Below are positions 24,109 to 38,126 of a stretch of DNA of 64,000 bases, piece after piece. Each line of letters starts with the position of its first letter. Position 1 is the first letter of the stretch. The notes under the pieces were generated by a model. The model ran no database searches, had not been told where the DNA came from, and was given only the letters and a program-made list of their open reading frames with translations. The DNA comes from Octopus vulgaris (lineage: Eukaryota), in assembly GCA_951406725.2 (NCBI GenBank), contig OX597820.1, positions 101,680,001 to 101,744,000 on the forward strand. Direction: 5' to 3'. A program made the translations under genes and the position numbers.

Positions 24109-25091
24109 TTGTTTAACATTCCCTTGATACTCATTACATACATTGCATTTAAATCTCAGAGATAAAAGTTGAGATTTTGAACCAATAACCTTTAATAAGA
24201 GCCAGGCCTGGGGAATTTCCTGATTGGTTTGTTTTAGGGGGAGGGGGGGTCCAGTATTAAAGGTTTCTAGTACTTCACCATTGATTTCATAAAGCTTTTG
24301 TTCAACATGCTTGAAGTATCCCTATTCTAATTCTATCCATTCAACTTTTTTCATTGAATTTATCATTACTTTCATACATATGCATACATGTATGTGCACA
24401 CATGTATGCATGTCCATATACATAAGTATGCATATGTATACAAACATAATTATTATTATATATGCTTGTAAAGGCAGCGGGCTGGCAGAATCGTTAGTGC
24501 ACTGGACGAAATGCTTAGCAGTATTTTGCCAATCACTATGTTCTGAGTTCAAATTCTGCCTTGGTCGACTTTGCCTTTCAACCTTTTGGGGTCAATAAAT
24601 TAAGTACCAGTTGAACCCTGGGGTCGATGTAATCAACTAACACCCCCACCCAACAATTTCAGACCTTGTGTCTGTAGTAGTATATGTGCCTGTATGTATC
24701 TGAGTGCATTTGCATTTGTGCTTCTCTAAAAATTGCCAAGCTACAAACAGTGGTGTTGTAATTGACATGGTCACCAAATTTTCAGCTGCCTTTGTGCCTT
24801 CAAAGATGAGAAGAAAAGAATCCCTTACTTGAAACGCAGGAAAATGTTAGTGACGGAAACAGCATTCAATAATATACTGGTTTGATCCATGCTAGCATGG
24901 AAAAACGGACAAAATGCATGAACAAACCATACAGTTTAACCTCACTATAGACAATTTAAAATGGGCTTCAACAACTAAACAAAATAATGATGAAACTTGT
25001 AGTGGAAATTTTCAGTAAAATATAAAGAATACCAAATGCAAGACTTAAGTCACACATGAAATGAAAGAAGAAAAAGACTTTAACAAGAGGA

Positions 25092-25097
25092 TTTATT
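25092..25097 (-). terminator. Candidate polyA signal of UQCRQ
   Basis: AATAAA on minus strand ~33 nt after the stop codon. Confidence 0.5.
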
Positions 25098-25129
25098 CTA
25101 AATAGTAAAACTTCAATTTTTGTATTTCA

Positions 25130-25224
25130 TTATTCATCATTTTCAAAATCCTTAGGGTTCTTCTTCAAGGAATCACTGTGTAGTTTCTCTCCATAGTCAT
25201 AGACCAAGTAACAAAAAATCAATG
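25130..25224 (-). CDS. UQCRQ: Cytochrome b-c1 complex subunit 8 (QCR8), last coding exon
   Basis: ttttcag| (P)LIFCYLVYDYGEKLHSDSLKKNPKDFENDE*, matching the conserved KNP..xEND C-terminus; phase fits the upstream exon. Confidence 0.95.
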
Positions 25225-26282
25225 CTGAAAATAACAAAATGGAAAATTTAAAAATTGTAAAAAATGATAATGAAAATTTTACAACAAGGAAAAAATTCAA
25301 CATGTTAAAACAAAAATATATTTACAAAATACAGTTTTACAAACTATATATCAGTTTCAAATTCTGATATAGGGTCAGCAAGTTCAGGGAATAGAGTAGG
25401 TCCATTACATTGAACACCAGTACCCAACTTATTTTATTGAACCCAAAAGAGTGAAAGGCAAAAATCGACCATGGCAGAATTTGAACTCAGAACATAAAGA
25501 CAGACAAAATGCTTAGCAGCATTTCACAGCATTTCATTTGGTGTGCTCACAATTCTGCCAGCTTGCCACCTTAGTTTTACAAACCATATATCAAAACAAA
25601 TATAACAGCTGAACATTTTTAGGTTGAAATGTATTAGGTTACAGCAGTCAATAAGGTCAATCTATATAGGCGATAGGATTTGATCAGCTGAGGAATTAAA
25701 ATATCAAGTTGCTTTAATCACATCATTGTCTTTACTCCTGTTATGCACTGGATGGCAGCCAAGCTGGAGCACAACCTTGAAGGCCTAACAGAATGAACCC
25801 AGTACTTTTCCTTTCTCTTTTTACAGTTGGTACTAATCCTATCAAGTCATTCTTTTTTTGTTAATGAACCACTAAGTTACAGGGATGTAAACAAGCCAAC
25901 ACTGGTTGTCAAAAGGTGGGGTGAGGGATAAATACATACACATATATGTATATATTTGTGTGGACGCATGTGTGTATGTGTGTCCAGTTTCTGACTACCA
26001 AATCTACTCACAAGGCTATATATGTCTGTCTGTCTCTCTATAAATACACACACACACAGATACACATATATAGTTCCCAACATGATTGTTAAAAACATTT
26101 GGTTAACTTACTGAGCTAACTTATTACATGGAAACAATAAGAATTTCAATACGAATAAGCATTCCTTTTCCCTTGTTTACTTTTCAAGGTCTATCAGTGT
26201 GCTTATCTGTGTATCTACCTATCTGTTTCTGACTATCTGTGTGTGTGTGTTTCAGTTTACTTACCTCCCCACATATCTCACT

Positions 26283-26673
26283 TGTGCCCGTGCAAGTACG
26301 GTGCCAAGAGCACCATCCGAGTGTGATCGTTGCCAGAGCAGTCAACTGGCTTCCATGCCAGTGGCACGTAAAAGGGCACCATTCGAGCGTGATCATTACC
26401 AACGTCGCCTTACTGGCACCTGTGCTGGTGGCATGTGTAAAAAGATTCGAGCGAGGTCATTGCCAGCACCGCCTGACTGGCCCCCGTGCCGGTAGCATGT
26501 AAAAAGCACCCACTACACTCTCGGAGTGGTTGGCGTTAGGAAGGGCATCCAGCTGTAGAAACTCTGCCAAATCAAGATTGGAGCCTGGCGCAGCCATCTG
26601 GTTTGCCAGCCCTCAGTCAAAATCGTCTAACCCATGCTAGCATGGAAAGCGGACGTTAAACGATAATGATGAT
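26283..26673 (+). mobile_element. RTE LINE 3' UTR fragment with (GAT)n tail
   Basis: Similarity to 61290-61800. Confidence 0.8.
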
Positions 26674-26855
26674 GTTTGTGCCTGTCTACCTGTCTTTCTG
26701 TTTAAGTGTATCTATTTGTCTGCCTTTCTGTCTGTATTTGTCTATCGATCTACATGTATCTGTTTAACTATCAATCAATTTATCGCAGTTTTTATATTTT
26801 ATTTTCATAATTGATATAGTTTTAACATCCCCAACTCAAATACACACACACATAC

Positions 26856-26891
<36 letters not shown>

Positions 26892-27055
26892 TGTAAAGTA
26901 TATTTGCCACCTAAATGTGGTTGACCCATAGGGGACAATGCTACTGTTGTTTATAGCTCCAGAAAGACATCTCCTGCTGACTAATGACACACAGTCTGTG
27001 TCCGATCAGTATTTGCAAGGGGAAAATCATCGTTCCCATCTCTATCCTTAAGTGA

Positions 27056-27102
27056 TACACACAGACCCAAGTTTCTGGGTAGTAACTCGTCATCAGCATG
27101 TG
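27056..27102 (-). ncRNA. Type I hammerhead ribozyme (weakened stem II)
   Basis: CACATG-CTGATGA-CGAGTTACTACCCA-GAAA-CTTGG-GTC-TGTGTG on minus strand. Confidence 0.65.
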
Positions 27103-27315
27103 ACAATCACCAGCTAGGGATGGGAAATGATTCCAAACACAAATTACTATATGCTTTTTCCTGTGACAAACTGATCTCGAAAAAAGAGAAACATGCAATA
27201 AGAAATCTCTGAGCAAGATGTAAACAGTAGCAGCATGATATTGTGAAGTACATTAGCCACCAAAAGGTGGCTGACCCACAGGGGATGAGATCAGCGACGG
27301 TTTGTCACTGGAAAA

Positions 27316-27540
27316 TAAGGCGGCGAGCTGGCAGAAACGTTAGCACGCCGGGTGAAATGCTTAGCGGTATTTCGTCTGCGTTACGTTGTGAGTTCAAATT
27401 CCGCCAAGGTCGACTTTGCCTTTCATCCTTTCGGGGTCGATAAATTAAGTACCAGTTACGCGCTGGGGTCGATGTAATCGACTTAATACCTATGTCTGTC
27501 CCCTCTGTGTTTAGCCCCTAGTGGGTAATAAAGAAATAGG
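27316..27540 (+). mobile_element. SINE family B with TSD
   Basis: AAGGCGGCGAGCTGGCAGAAACGTTAGC...GAGTTCAAATTCC...CCTTTCATCCTTTCGGGGTCGATAAA; TSD TTTGTCACTGGAAAA at 27301 and 27541. Confidence 0.9.
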
Positions 27541-27608
27541 TTTGTCACTGGAAAAAGCATATAGTATTTTGCGTTTGGAATCAGTTCCCATCCCTAGCTG
27601 GTAACTGT

Positions 27609-27653
27609 CACACGCTGATGACGGGTTACTACCCAGAAACCCAGGTCCATGTG
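27609..27653 (+). ncRNA. Type I hammerhead ribozyme
   Basis: CACACG-CTGATGA-CGGGT(TACT)ACCCA-GAAA-CCCAG-GTC-CATGTG; predicted cleavage after C27647. Confidence 0.75.
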
Positions 27654-29117
27654 TATCACGTAAGGCTAGAGATGGGAACAATGATTTCCATTTGCAAATA
27701 CTGATCGAACATAGTGTGTTGTTTGCCATGGAGGAGATGTCTTGCAGGGGCTATAAACAACAGTAGCATCATCCCCTATGGGTCAGCCACATTGAGGTGG
27801 CAAATATACTTCACAATGTCGTTCTGCTACTGTTTACATCTCGCTCAGAGATATATATATTGCTATATATTGCAATGGCCCAGTGGCTAGGGCAGCAGAC
27901 TTGCAGTTTTAGGATCGTGGTTTCGATTCCCAGACCAAGTGTTGTGAGTGTTTATTGAGCGAAAACACCTAAAGCTCCACAAGGCTCTGGCAAGGGATAG
28001 TGGTGAACCCTGCAGTACTCTTTCACCACAACTTTCTCTCACTCTTTCTTCCTGTTTCTGTCATATCTGTATTTCAAAAGGCCAGCCTTGTCACACATTG
28101 TGTCACGCTGAATCTCCCCGAGAACTACGTTAAAGGTACATGTGTCTGTGGAGAGCTCAGCCACTTGCACGTTAATTTCACAAGCAGGCTGTTGCATTGA
28201 TTGGATCAACTGGAACACTCATCATCGTAACCGATGGAGTGCTCTCTCTCTCTCTCTAAATATGTGTGTGTGCTTGCCAAGTCAAGCAGAGTTGTTCACC
28301 TTGGACGATAAAATGTGTCACATTTTGAGGTAGAACTAGTTTTTCTCAGCATACAACAGCTGACAAACGAAGTCACAGGTGTTTACCAATCAGCAATTGA
28401 ACAACTTCATGCCCGTGGCTTGCCAGGTAACATGGAGTGTTGTATGTGAACCTTCCATATCCTAAAACAAAGATGCCACATAAAAAGCATTGGTGTGGGT
28501 GCTGGGGTCCACATAAAAAACACAGGTGCTGGCACCAGGTAAAAAGCATTGGTGATGGTGCATAAAAGAACCCAGTACACTTTGTAAAGTGAGTGGCATA
28601 GGGAATGGCATCCAGCTGTAGAAACCATGCAAAAACAGACTATGGAACTTGGTGTGACCTCTGACCTTGCCAGCTCCTGTCAAGTTGTCCAACCCACACC
28701 AGCATGGAAAATGAACATGAAATGTTGATGATTCCTCTAATTCAATGATATTGAGGTCTACTTCTTTTGTTGTCACACACGTGTGTATGCACATGCATGT
28801 GTGTATGCACATGCATGTATGTGTGTGAGAGAGAGAGGGGAGGGAGGGAGAGAGAGAGATTGTATGAAGATGGAGATTCTCTTCTTCAACCTCGTATAAA
28901 TATACTTACAACATATATAAAGTATTATTCTCTAATTTGTTAAACTTATGTGCATGTGTGTGGGTATCCTCCTTTTACCACTTCAACAAAAACTAGAACA
29001 GAAATTTTGTTCTATGCAGAGAAGGTGAGTACAAGTGAAAGTCTGAAGAAGGATGCATCCCAGCACGTTGTAGTATATCACTCTAAGTAGATAAAATTTT
29101 AAGTGATTTTTTTTATT

Positions 29118-29625
29118 ATCATCATCATTGTTTAACGTCTGCTTTCCATGCTAGCATGGGTTGGATGATTTGACTGAGGTCTGGCAAACCAGATGGCTGA
29201 ACCAGGCTCCAATACTGATCTGGCAGAGTTTCTAAAGCTGCATGCCCTTCCTAACACCAACCACTTCGTTTGTGTAGTGGGTGCTTTTACATGCCACTGG
29301 CACGAGGGCCAGTCAGGTGGTACTGGCAACGGCAACGCTCAAATGATGCTTTTTACGTGCCACCTGCACAGGAGCCAGTCCAGCGGCACAGGCAACGACC
29401 TCGCACAAATGTTTTTTTCACATGCCACCAGCACAAGTGCCAGTAAGGCAATGCAGGTAACGATCACACTCGAATGGTGCTTTTTACATGCCACCGGCAT
29501 AGAAGCCAGTTTGTTGCTCTGGCAACAATCACGCTCAGATAGTGCTCTTAGTGCTCCACTAGCATGGATGCCTGTCATCGAATTAGATTTCGATTTCACT
29601 TGCCTCAACAGGTCTTCACAAGCCA
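29118..29625 (-). mobile_element. RTE LINE 3' UTR fragment
   Basis: Reverse complement similarity to 61290-61800. Confidence 0.8.
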
Positions 29626-30264
29626 ATATAAAAAGCAGATTCAGTAACAATTCTTAAGACCTAAGCAGTGAACTTGTTTTCAACAGTTACATTCCTATAA
29701 ATTTTCAATTCCTCAACACACATCTAGATTTCTCTAGCTTTTCAGAAGGTTGCTCTCAGACTGTTAAGATACCAGGAGTTCCAAAGGGGTAAGTAAATAA
29801 CACAAAATATACTATAGATTAAGTTTATAAACTACTATACAAGTTATCTAGACTGCAACATTGATTAATATCTTTTACTTGTTTCAGTCATTAGACTGTG
29901 GCCATGCTGGGGCATAGACTTAAAGTATTTTTAGTTGAATTAATTGATCCAGTATTTTTTTAAAAACCTGGTACTTATTCTTTGATCCTTTTGGCCAAAC
30001 TGCTAAGTTACAGGAACGTAAACACACCAACACTGGCTGTCAAGCGATGGTTGGGGACAAATACAGACACATACACAAATGCATACATATATGTATATAT
30101 AAATGGACTTCTGTCAGTTTTCATCTACCAAATCTACTCATAAGGCTTTGGTTGACCCAAGGCTATAGTAGAATACACTTGCTCAAAGCACCACACAGTA
30201 GGACTGAACCTGGAACCATTTGGTTGGGAAGCAAGCTTCTTACCATACAACCACACCAGAACCT

Positions 30265-31167
30265 ATCATCATCATCATCATCATTTAACGTCCGCTTTCC
30301 ATGCTAGCATGGGTTGGACGGTTCAACTGGAGTCTGGGGAGCCCGAAGGCTGCACCAGGCCAGTCAGATCTGGCAGTGTTTCTACAGCTGGATGCCCTTC
30401 CTAACGCCAACCACTCCGAGAGTGTAGTGGGTGATTTTATGTGCCACCGACACAGGTGCCAGACGAGGCTGGCGAACGGCCACGCTCGGATGGTGTTTTT
30501 TTTTATGTGCCACCGACACAGGTGCCAGACGAGGCTGGCAGACGGCCACGCTCGGATGGTGTTTTTATGTGCCACCGATACAAGTGCCAGATGAGGCTGG
30601 CGAACGGCCACGATCGGATGGTGTTTGTTACGTGCCCGGATGGTGTTTGTTACGTGCCCACAGCACGGAGGCCAGTCGATGCGGTACTGGCTACGGCCAC
30701 GTTCGGATGGTTTTCTTGTGTGCCACCGGCACTGGTACCACAAAGATACAAATTCCATTGATGTTCATCTATTTTGATTTGGTTTGATTTTCACTTGCCT
30801 CAACAGGTCTTCACAAGTGTCACATACTTGCCTCAACAGGTCTTCACAAGTGTCATAAGAAGGAAGGTATGCACAGGTAGACTGACTACGTCCCAGGTAG
30901 GGGCCACGGGTTATGGCCTGACTAGTCTTGCCGGGTCTTTGGATGGTGTTTTTATGTGCCACCAACACAGGTGCCAGATGAGGCTGGCGAACGGCCACGA
31001 TCGGATGGTGTTTGTTACGTGCCCACAGCACGGAGGCCAGTCGATGTGGTACTGGCTACCGCCACGTTCGGATGGTTTTCTTGTGTGCCACCGGCATTGG
31101 TACCACAAAGATACAAATTCCATTGATGTTCATCTATTTTGATTTGTTTTGATTGGATTTGATTATG

Positions 31168-31202
<35 letters not shown>

Positions 31203-33245
31203 CACTTGCCTCAACAGGTCTTCACAAGTGTCATTTGATTTGATTAGATTAGCACTTGCCTCAACAGGTCTTCACAAGTGTCATTTGATTTGATTAGCAC
31301 TTGCCTCAACAGGTCTTCACAAGTGTCATAAGAAGGAAGGTATGCACAGGTGGACTGACTACGTCCCAGGAAGGGGCCACGGGCTATGGCCTGACTAGTC
31401 TTGCCGGGTCTTCGGACAGGTGCCAGATGAGGCTGGCGAACGGCCACGACCGGATGGCGTTTGTTATGTGCCCACAGCACGGAGGCCAGTCGATGCGGTA
31501 CTGGCTACAGCCACGTTCGGATGGTTTTCTTGTGTGCCACCGGCACTGGTACCACTGAGATACAGATTCCATTGATGTTCATCTATTTTGATTTGTTTTG
31601 ATTTTTTTGATTTGTTGATTTGTTGATTTGTTGATTTGTTGATTTGTTGATTTTCACTTGCCTCAACAGGTCTTCACAAGTGTCACAAGAAGGAAGGTAT
31701 GCACAGGTGGACTCCCAGGTAGGGGCCACCACGATCGGATGGTGTTTGTTATGTGCCCACATCACAGAGGCCAGTCGATGCGGTACTGGCTACGGCCACG
31801 TTCGGATGGTTTTCTTGTGTGCCACCGGCACTGGTACCACAAAGATACAAATTCCATTGATGTTCATCTATTTTGATTTGTTTTGATTTTTTTGATTTGT
31901 TGTTCATTTGTTGATTTTCACTTGCCTCAACAGGTCTTCACAAGTGTCATAAGAAGGAAGGTATGCACAGGTGGACTCCCAGGTAGGGGCCACCACGATC
32001 GGATGGTGTTTGTTGTGCCCACAGCACGGAGGCCAGTCGATGCGGTACTGGCTACGGCCACGTTCGGATGGTTTTCTTGTGTGCCACCGGTACTGGTACC
32101 ACAAAGATACAAATTCCATTGATGTTCATCTATTTTGATTTGGTTTGATTTGATTTTCACTTGCCTCAACAGGTCTTCATAAGTGTCACACACTTGCCTC
32201 TGCCTCAACAGGTCTTCACAAAGTGTCACACACTTGCCTCTGCCTCAACAGGTCTTCACAAGTGTCACACACTTGCCTCAACAGGTCTTCACAAGTGTCA
32301 TAAGAGGGAAGGTATGCACAGGTGGATTGACTACGTCGCCGGGTCTTCGGATGGTGTTTTTATGTGCCACCGACACAGGTGCCAGATGAGGCTGGCGAAC
32401 GGCCACGATCGGATGGTGTTTGTTGTGCCCACAGCACGGAGGCCAGTCGATGCGGTACTGGCTACGGCCACGTTCGGGTGGTTTTCTTGTGTGCCACCGG
32501 CACTGGTACCACAAAGAATACAATTCCATTGATGTTCATCTATTTTGATTTGTTTTGATTTGATTTTCACTTGCCTCAACAGGTCTTCATAAGTGTCACA
32601 AGAATGAAGGTATGCACAGGTGGACTGACTACGTCCCAGGTAGGGGCCACGGGTTATGGCTTGACTAGTCTTGCCGGGTCTTCTCACGCACAGCATACTT
32701 CCATAGGTCTCGGTCTCTAGACATTTCCTTAGTGAGACCTAAAGTTCGAAGGTCGTGCTTCACCACCTCGTCCCAGGTTTTCCTGGGTCTACCTCTTCCA
32801 CAGGTTCCCTCAACTGCTAGGGTGTAGCACTTTTGCACACAACTATCTTCAGCCTTTCTCGTCACATGACCATACCAGCGCAGCCGTCTCTCTTGCACAC
32901 CACAACTGACGCTTCTTAGGTTCAACTTTTCTCTCAAGGAACTTACACTCTGACGATTATGAACACTGACATTACACATCCATCGGAGCATACTGGCTTC
33001 ATTTCTTGCGAGCTTACGCATATCCTCAGCAGTCACGGCCCATGTTTCACTACCATGTAGCATGGCTGTACGTACACATGCATCATACAGTCTGCCTTTT
33101 ACTCTGAGCGAGAGGCCTTTTGTCACCAGCAGGGGTAAGAGCTCTCTAAACTTTGCCCAGGCTATTCTTACTCTAGCAGTTACACTTTCAGCACACCCAC
33201 CCCCGCTACTGACTTGGTCTCCTAGGTAGCGGAAGCTATCAACTA
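30265..33245 (-). mobile_element. 5'-truncated RTE-clade LINE with tandemly amplified 3' UTR
   Basis: ORF 32665-33126 (LYDACVRTAMLHGSETW...RWYGHV...GRGRPRKTW) is the RTE RT C-terminus; 30265-32660 is repeated 3' UTR modules ending in (CAT)n. Confidence 0.88.
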
Positions 33246-33882
33246 AAATTAATATAAAGACAAACTTTACAGCAAAGGTAGAACTATATCTTCACCGTTA
33301 AATAAGTGTTGTAATAGATATATCAAAACAAACTTTGTTCAAACAAAACATTCTATAATTGCTATGTATAAACTTTATACTTATTTTTGCCTCAGTAAAT
33401 AATAAAAAGTTTTCATTTAATATTTTTAATTATTTACTTTTTTAAATTCAATATTACATTTCTCAATAGGTCAGCAAACTTTTGGAATCATTAGCATGCT
33501 GAGCAAAATGCTTAGTGGCATTTCATCTGTCTTTTCATTCTGAGTTCACATTCCAGAGGTTGACTTTGCCTTTCATCTTTTTGGGGTCAATAAAATTGGT
33601 ACCAATTGAGCACTGGGGTTGATGTAATCAACTTACCCCATCACTAAAATTGCTTTTTATCATTATATTTATATTTTGTCTGTCTATGCAATAGGATTAA
33701 ATTTTAATGTAATCAAAACTTCGGAGGGATTTTATAAAATATTACAGAAATAATATGCATATTACACAGCAATCACCACATTGTGAGAGAGAATACAGTA
33801 GTCATCATTAAAAAGCAGTTACTTTCAAGCTTGCTTTTAAATGTTCTTTATAAATTTAAAGTTTTTGATTAATAATACTTAC

Positions 33883-34036
33883 GAGGCAAAACTCGGAAGG
33901 CTTGGCCTTTGAAGCGATTCCACATATTTGGGACTCCATGAGAAATAGCTCCAGCAAATGCCTTCTGTTCAAATGGAGATAGACTGTAGGTAATGACACC
34001 ACTAATGTGGTGGAGATTTCCAAACATTTTACCCAT
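33883..34036 (-). CDS. UQCRQ: Cytochrome b-c1 complex subunit 8 (QCR8), first coding exon
   Basis: tttgctag|CCATG...|gtaagt; MGKMFGNLHHISGVITYSLSPFEQKAFAGAISHGVPNMWNRFKGQAFRVLP contains the MGxxFGNL and YSLSPFEQ hallmarks; total 82 aa. Confidence 0.97.
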
Positions 34037-35119
34037 GGCTAGCAAAAGAAAAAGAAATATTTCATTAAAATTTGTTTTTTCAATGACAACCTTAGTTAAA
34101 CTTCAACTAGTACATATGACAGACTTGATCTAGTAAATACTATCAACTGAGGAGCTCCAGAAATATGAAAGTTAGAAGACAAGTTTAAGTCTATAGATGA
34201 ACATAGATATTTTAGTTCAACAGGCTCAAAACATGAGGCAATGTAATCAGTTCTAAGAAGAAAATGTCTACACAGTGATGTATAACATAGATGATGCTTG
34301 AGAAGAAATAATATAATGAGCAGTGTGAATTTAAAAGAAAATGAACTGTGATGGATCTAAAAACACAGTCGTATATTTAAGAATGCTGTTTTACAATCGC
34401 TTGGTTCTGAATTATGATCCCTTTACTTGGTACCTTGGGTAAATGTCTTCCACTACAGCCTAAAGTCAACCAAAGCCTTGAATGGAATTGGATAAATAAA
34501 AATTGTATGGAAGCTCATGAGACATCTTAATTTACAGCACAAAAACATAAAAGTGCTCAACAAACTTAGTTGAAAGAGTTTAGGGGCCTGATATATGTTA
34601 ATTTTTGTGAGATAAACAGGGATCAAATATTCCTGAACCATGATTTCATGTGATCAGTTGGCCATACAGGTAAGTAATAGGATGATTCTGGGAATGTCCC
34701 AACATACATCAGATCATTTTTGATGAGAAATGTGGGCAAGTTCAAACGAGTTTGTTTTTATTTAACTCTTAAATTCTTGTCGTGCTTCATCATCGTTTAA
34801 CATCTTGCCTCCATGCCAACATGAGTTGGACAGTTTCACAGGAGCTAGAAAGCCAGAGGACTGTGCCAAACTCCACTGTCAACTTTGGTATGGTTTTTAC
34901 AGTTACATGTCCTTCCTATCACCAACCACTTTACAGAGTGGACTGAGTGCTTTAAATAAATCTCCCAATCCTTTTAGAACTACAGATTTTGATGAAAATG
35001 CAGTTAGTCTACTATAAATATATAACTATTGCATGAATTTGGGTGAAACTTGATGATCAGATGTAAAGATTGTTGGTGTATATTGTGAGTGTGGTTTTTA
35101 CTTGCTGTTATGTCCTTAG

Positions 35120-35529
35120 TACCTATTTCTATACTACCCACAAGGGGCTAAACACAGAGAGGACAAACAAGGACAGACAACGGATTAAGTCGATTACATC
35201 GACCCCAGTGCGTAACTGGTACTTATTTAATCAACCCCGAAAGGATGAAAGGCAAAGTCGACTTCGGCGGAATTTGAACTCAGAACGTAAAAACAAACGA
35301 AATACCTATTTCTTTACTACCCACAAGGGGCTAAACACAGAGAGGACAAACAAACGGATTAAGTCGAATATATTTACCCCAGTGCGTAACTGGTACTTAT
35401 TTAATTGACCCCGAAAGGATGAAAGGCAAAGTCAACCTCGGCGGAATTTGAACTCAGAACGTAGCAGCAGACGAAATACCGGTAAGCATTTCGCCCGGCG
35501 TGCTAACGACTCTGCCAGCTCACCGCCTT
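35120..35529 (-). mobile_element. SINE family B with internal duplication
   Basis: Two successive ~190-bp copies of the family B body. Confidence 0.8.
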
Positions 35530-37314
35530 TATGTCCTTAGTACCTGCCTGGGTAAGTTAAAGTTATATACTGGTTAAGTTGATTACAGGATGGTGTTTTC
35601 ACATATATTTACAAGATATTGATTCTTGGGCATCACTTTCAGTCTCAGAGCTGAATTTGTGTGATACTTAGTCTTTGTAACTTGGAAGCTGCACCAATAT
35701 TTTCAGAAAAAACATTCCAAGACATGCTATCAACTCCTCCAGTGATGCAATGAAGGTGGGGTTGCCACAGTTATGAATATACCTCGTGGTCTCATCACTA
35801 ATTCCCTCACAATTAAAGCTGAAGAAAATACTCAATGGATTTTCCTTACATTCATAAGGTTTTGCTGGACCCAAATCACTATCAAAAGCACAGACGCAAT
35901 AATCAACGATGTAATCACACTACTCCTGTCCAAAAACAACTTCACCATCAAATACTCAACAAATTCAGATATTAATTCCACTCAGAATCACTTAAATAGC
36001 TGATGTGTACAAACAACACTGAAATATTACTGCTTTCTCCAAGTCTAAATTGTGTGTCTCTCTCTCTCTCTCTCTACATTGATTATCGATAATATAACTA
36101 CATTCTAACCCATTGCCTGCCATGATGCTTGAAAATTGAAGCAAGAAAAAGCCTGAAGAAATTCACTGAAGAAATATCAAACTGAAATGCATATGATCTA
36201 AGCAGTAAGTCTTTTGATAGGAAGTTTTTGCTAAAATGAGGCTAAACATTGTTTCTTTGACAGAATTTCCGTTTTCAAGCCCCTAACGACATTTCTTGAA
36301 TTGTGGTTATGTGTCATTCAGAGATAGGTGACAGTCGAAGTTATTTGCAGTACAGGACTTAAAGGGACAGGATAAGGCAATGAGCCAGCAGAATTGTTAG
36401 CCCACTGAGCAAACTGCTTAGTAGCATTTCATCTATTTTTATGTTGAGTTCAAATGCCATTGGAGTTGATAAAATAATAATTGAGTACGGGGTCGAAATT
36501 CCTGGCCTTGTGGCAAAATTTGAAACCCATACTGGGACAAGATGCTGTGAAGTTTCTCTGTGAGACAGAACTCACAAGGATTTAACTTATTTGTAATCAT
36601 CTATGCCTTAACCAATACTGGCCACCAGATGCTGATGAGGTCAAAGTCTTTTATATACTCAAGTAATGGGATTGAAAGAACGGATTTAAATCTCTTAAAG
36701 GTGGAGCTCTTAACACAGCCATATAACAATAACTGAAACCAAAAGAAAACAAAGGGCTACACTATGCTTCCTAAATGCAAACGTGAAATAGCTAAAGTTT
36801 AACCTGTGTTTACCAGTTTTAGAACGATTGAGAGAATAGTTTTTTTGTTTTGTTTTTTGCTAAAAATTATCCATTGATTAGGCAGATTCAAATAATGACA
36901 TTGGAAAATTTTGTTTAGTTTGTAGTATTTGCCTAACTTTGAAAATACCATATTTCTTATTTTGAATTTAATTGTGAAATGTCTAAATGCTTGAAATGAG
37001 TTAAATTAAAATCTTAGGAATATTATTTTACGGACATTTAATTACGATTGGTCAGATCTTCGATGGAAATGGAGTATGGATATAAAATGTTTCATCCCTA
37101 AATGATTGTTAATAATAGGCTGTTTTATAGCTCTATTTCCAAAAATTCAACAAAATTGAGAAAATAACATTATTACTTCAGGAAATTGAAAAGTTAAATA
37201 TTAGTTTCATTCACAACAGTGATGAGGGTATATGTTGTTTAATCCCAGAGTATCCCTTGAAATAAAAAGTTGTTTCCCTTCATGATAAAGACTGAAATAA
37301 GAAGTCACTGTCCA

Positions 37315-37517
37315 GCCGGGCGAAATGCTTTGCGGTATTTCGACTGTCGTTACGTTCTGAGTTCAAATTCCGCCGAGGTCGACTTTACCGTTCATCCTTT
37401 CGGGGGTCGATAAATAAAGTACCAGTTTCGCACTGAGGTCGATGTAATCGGCTCAATCCGTTTGTCTGTCCTTGTTTGTCCCCTCTATGTTTAGCCCCTT
37501 GTGGGTAGTAAAGAAAT
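37315..37517 (+). mobile_element. SINE family B (5'-truncated)
   Basis: Similarity to 27316-27540. Confidence 0.8.
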
Positions 37518-38126
37518 ATACACTCTTATTTATGCAACAACGAAGGTGTGATTTGATTACTATTTCTAGCAGGTCGAACGAACAAGTAGAAAATGGTTAT
37601 GCTTCCTTGTTGACTCGGGAAAGGAGTATTATTTAGTAAATAGAGTAGAAAAACTAAGGTATTAAGTAGAAAGATAAATGATTAATCTCAGGACGAGGAA
37701 CACATTTTGTAGAAGAAAATATAGTTTTCAAAAACTGCTTTAAAATAACATTGAAAGCAACTCGAGAGAAAGAGTTTAACCTTCTTCGTAAATGATACAT
37801 TTGAAAGTCAGCAGTGAAATAAAATCGAAAAATTAAATTGTCTTTATTTATAAAACATCAAAACTATTAGTAAATTTAATATTTTATTAAAATTCGATAA
37901 AATAAATATCAATTTGTTAATGCAAAAAGAATTTTATTTTATAAAGATACACGAATGTAGTGGTTAAGTTAATGACATTTTTAGTTCTCGGGACGAAAAA
38001 ACACAGGGAAACAAGTCACGGAAATAAATTTAAAAATTTATATTTTCGGGTGAAAAACACTGTTGAAAGAAAAATGATTTTACCTTAAAATATGTGGAAA
38101 ATATATTTAATTAAACACAAACTTAC

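Larger units (their letters stand above)
26892..27853. mobile_element. Inverted pair of hammerhead-bearing Penelope-like/retrozyme-like units with a SINE inserted between them
   Basis: 26892-27135 is the reverse complement of ~27575-27815; a further partial end at 27204-27290; HHR cores in both arms. Confidence 0.7.

Noticed and set aside
30790-32600. 28-nt hairpin repeat with intervening sequence resembling a CRISPR array
   Set aside because: Spacers are themselves repeats of irregular length, there are no cas genes, and the context is a eukaryotic LINE 3' UTR
36625-36655. CTGATGA motif
   Set aside because: No stem II/GAAA/NUH arrangement follows
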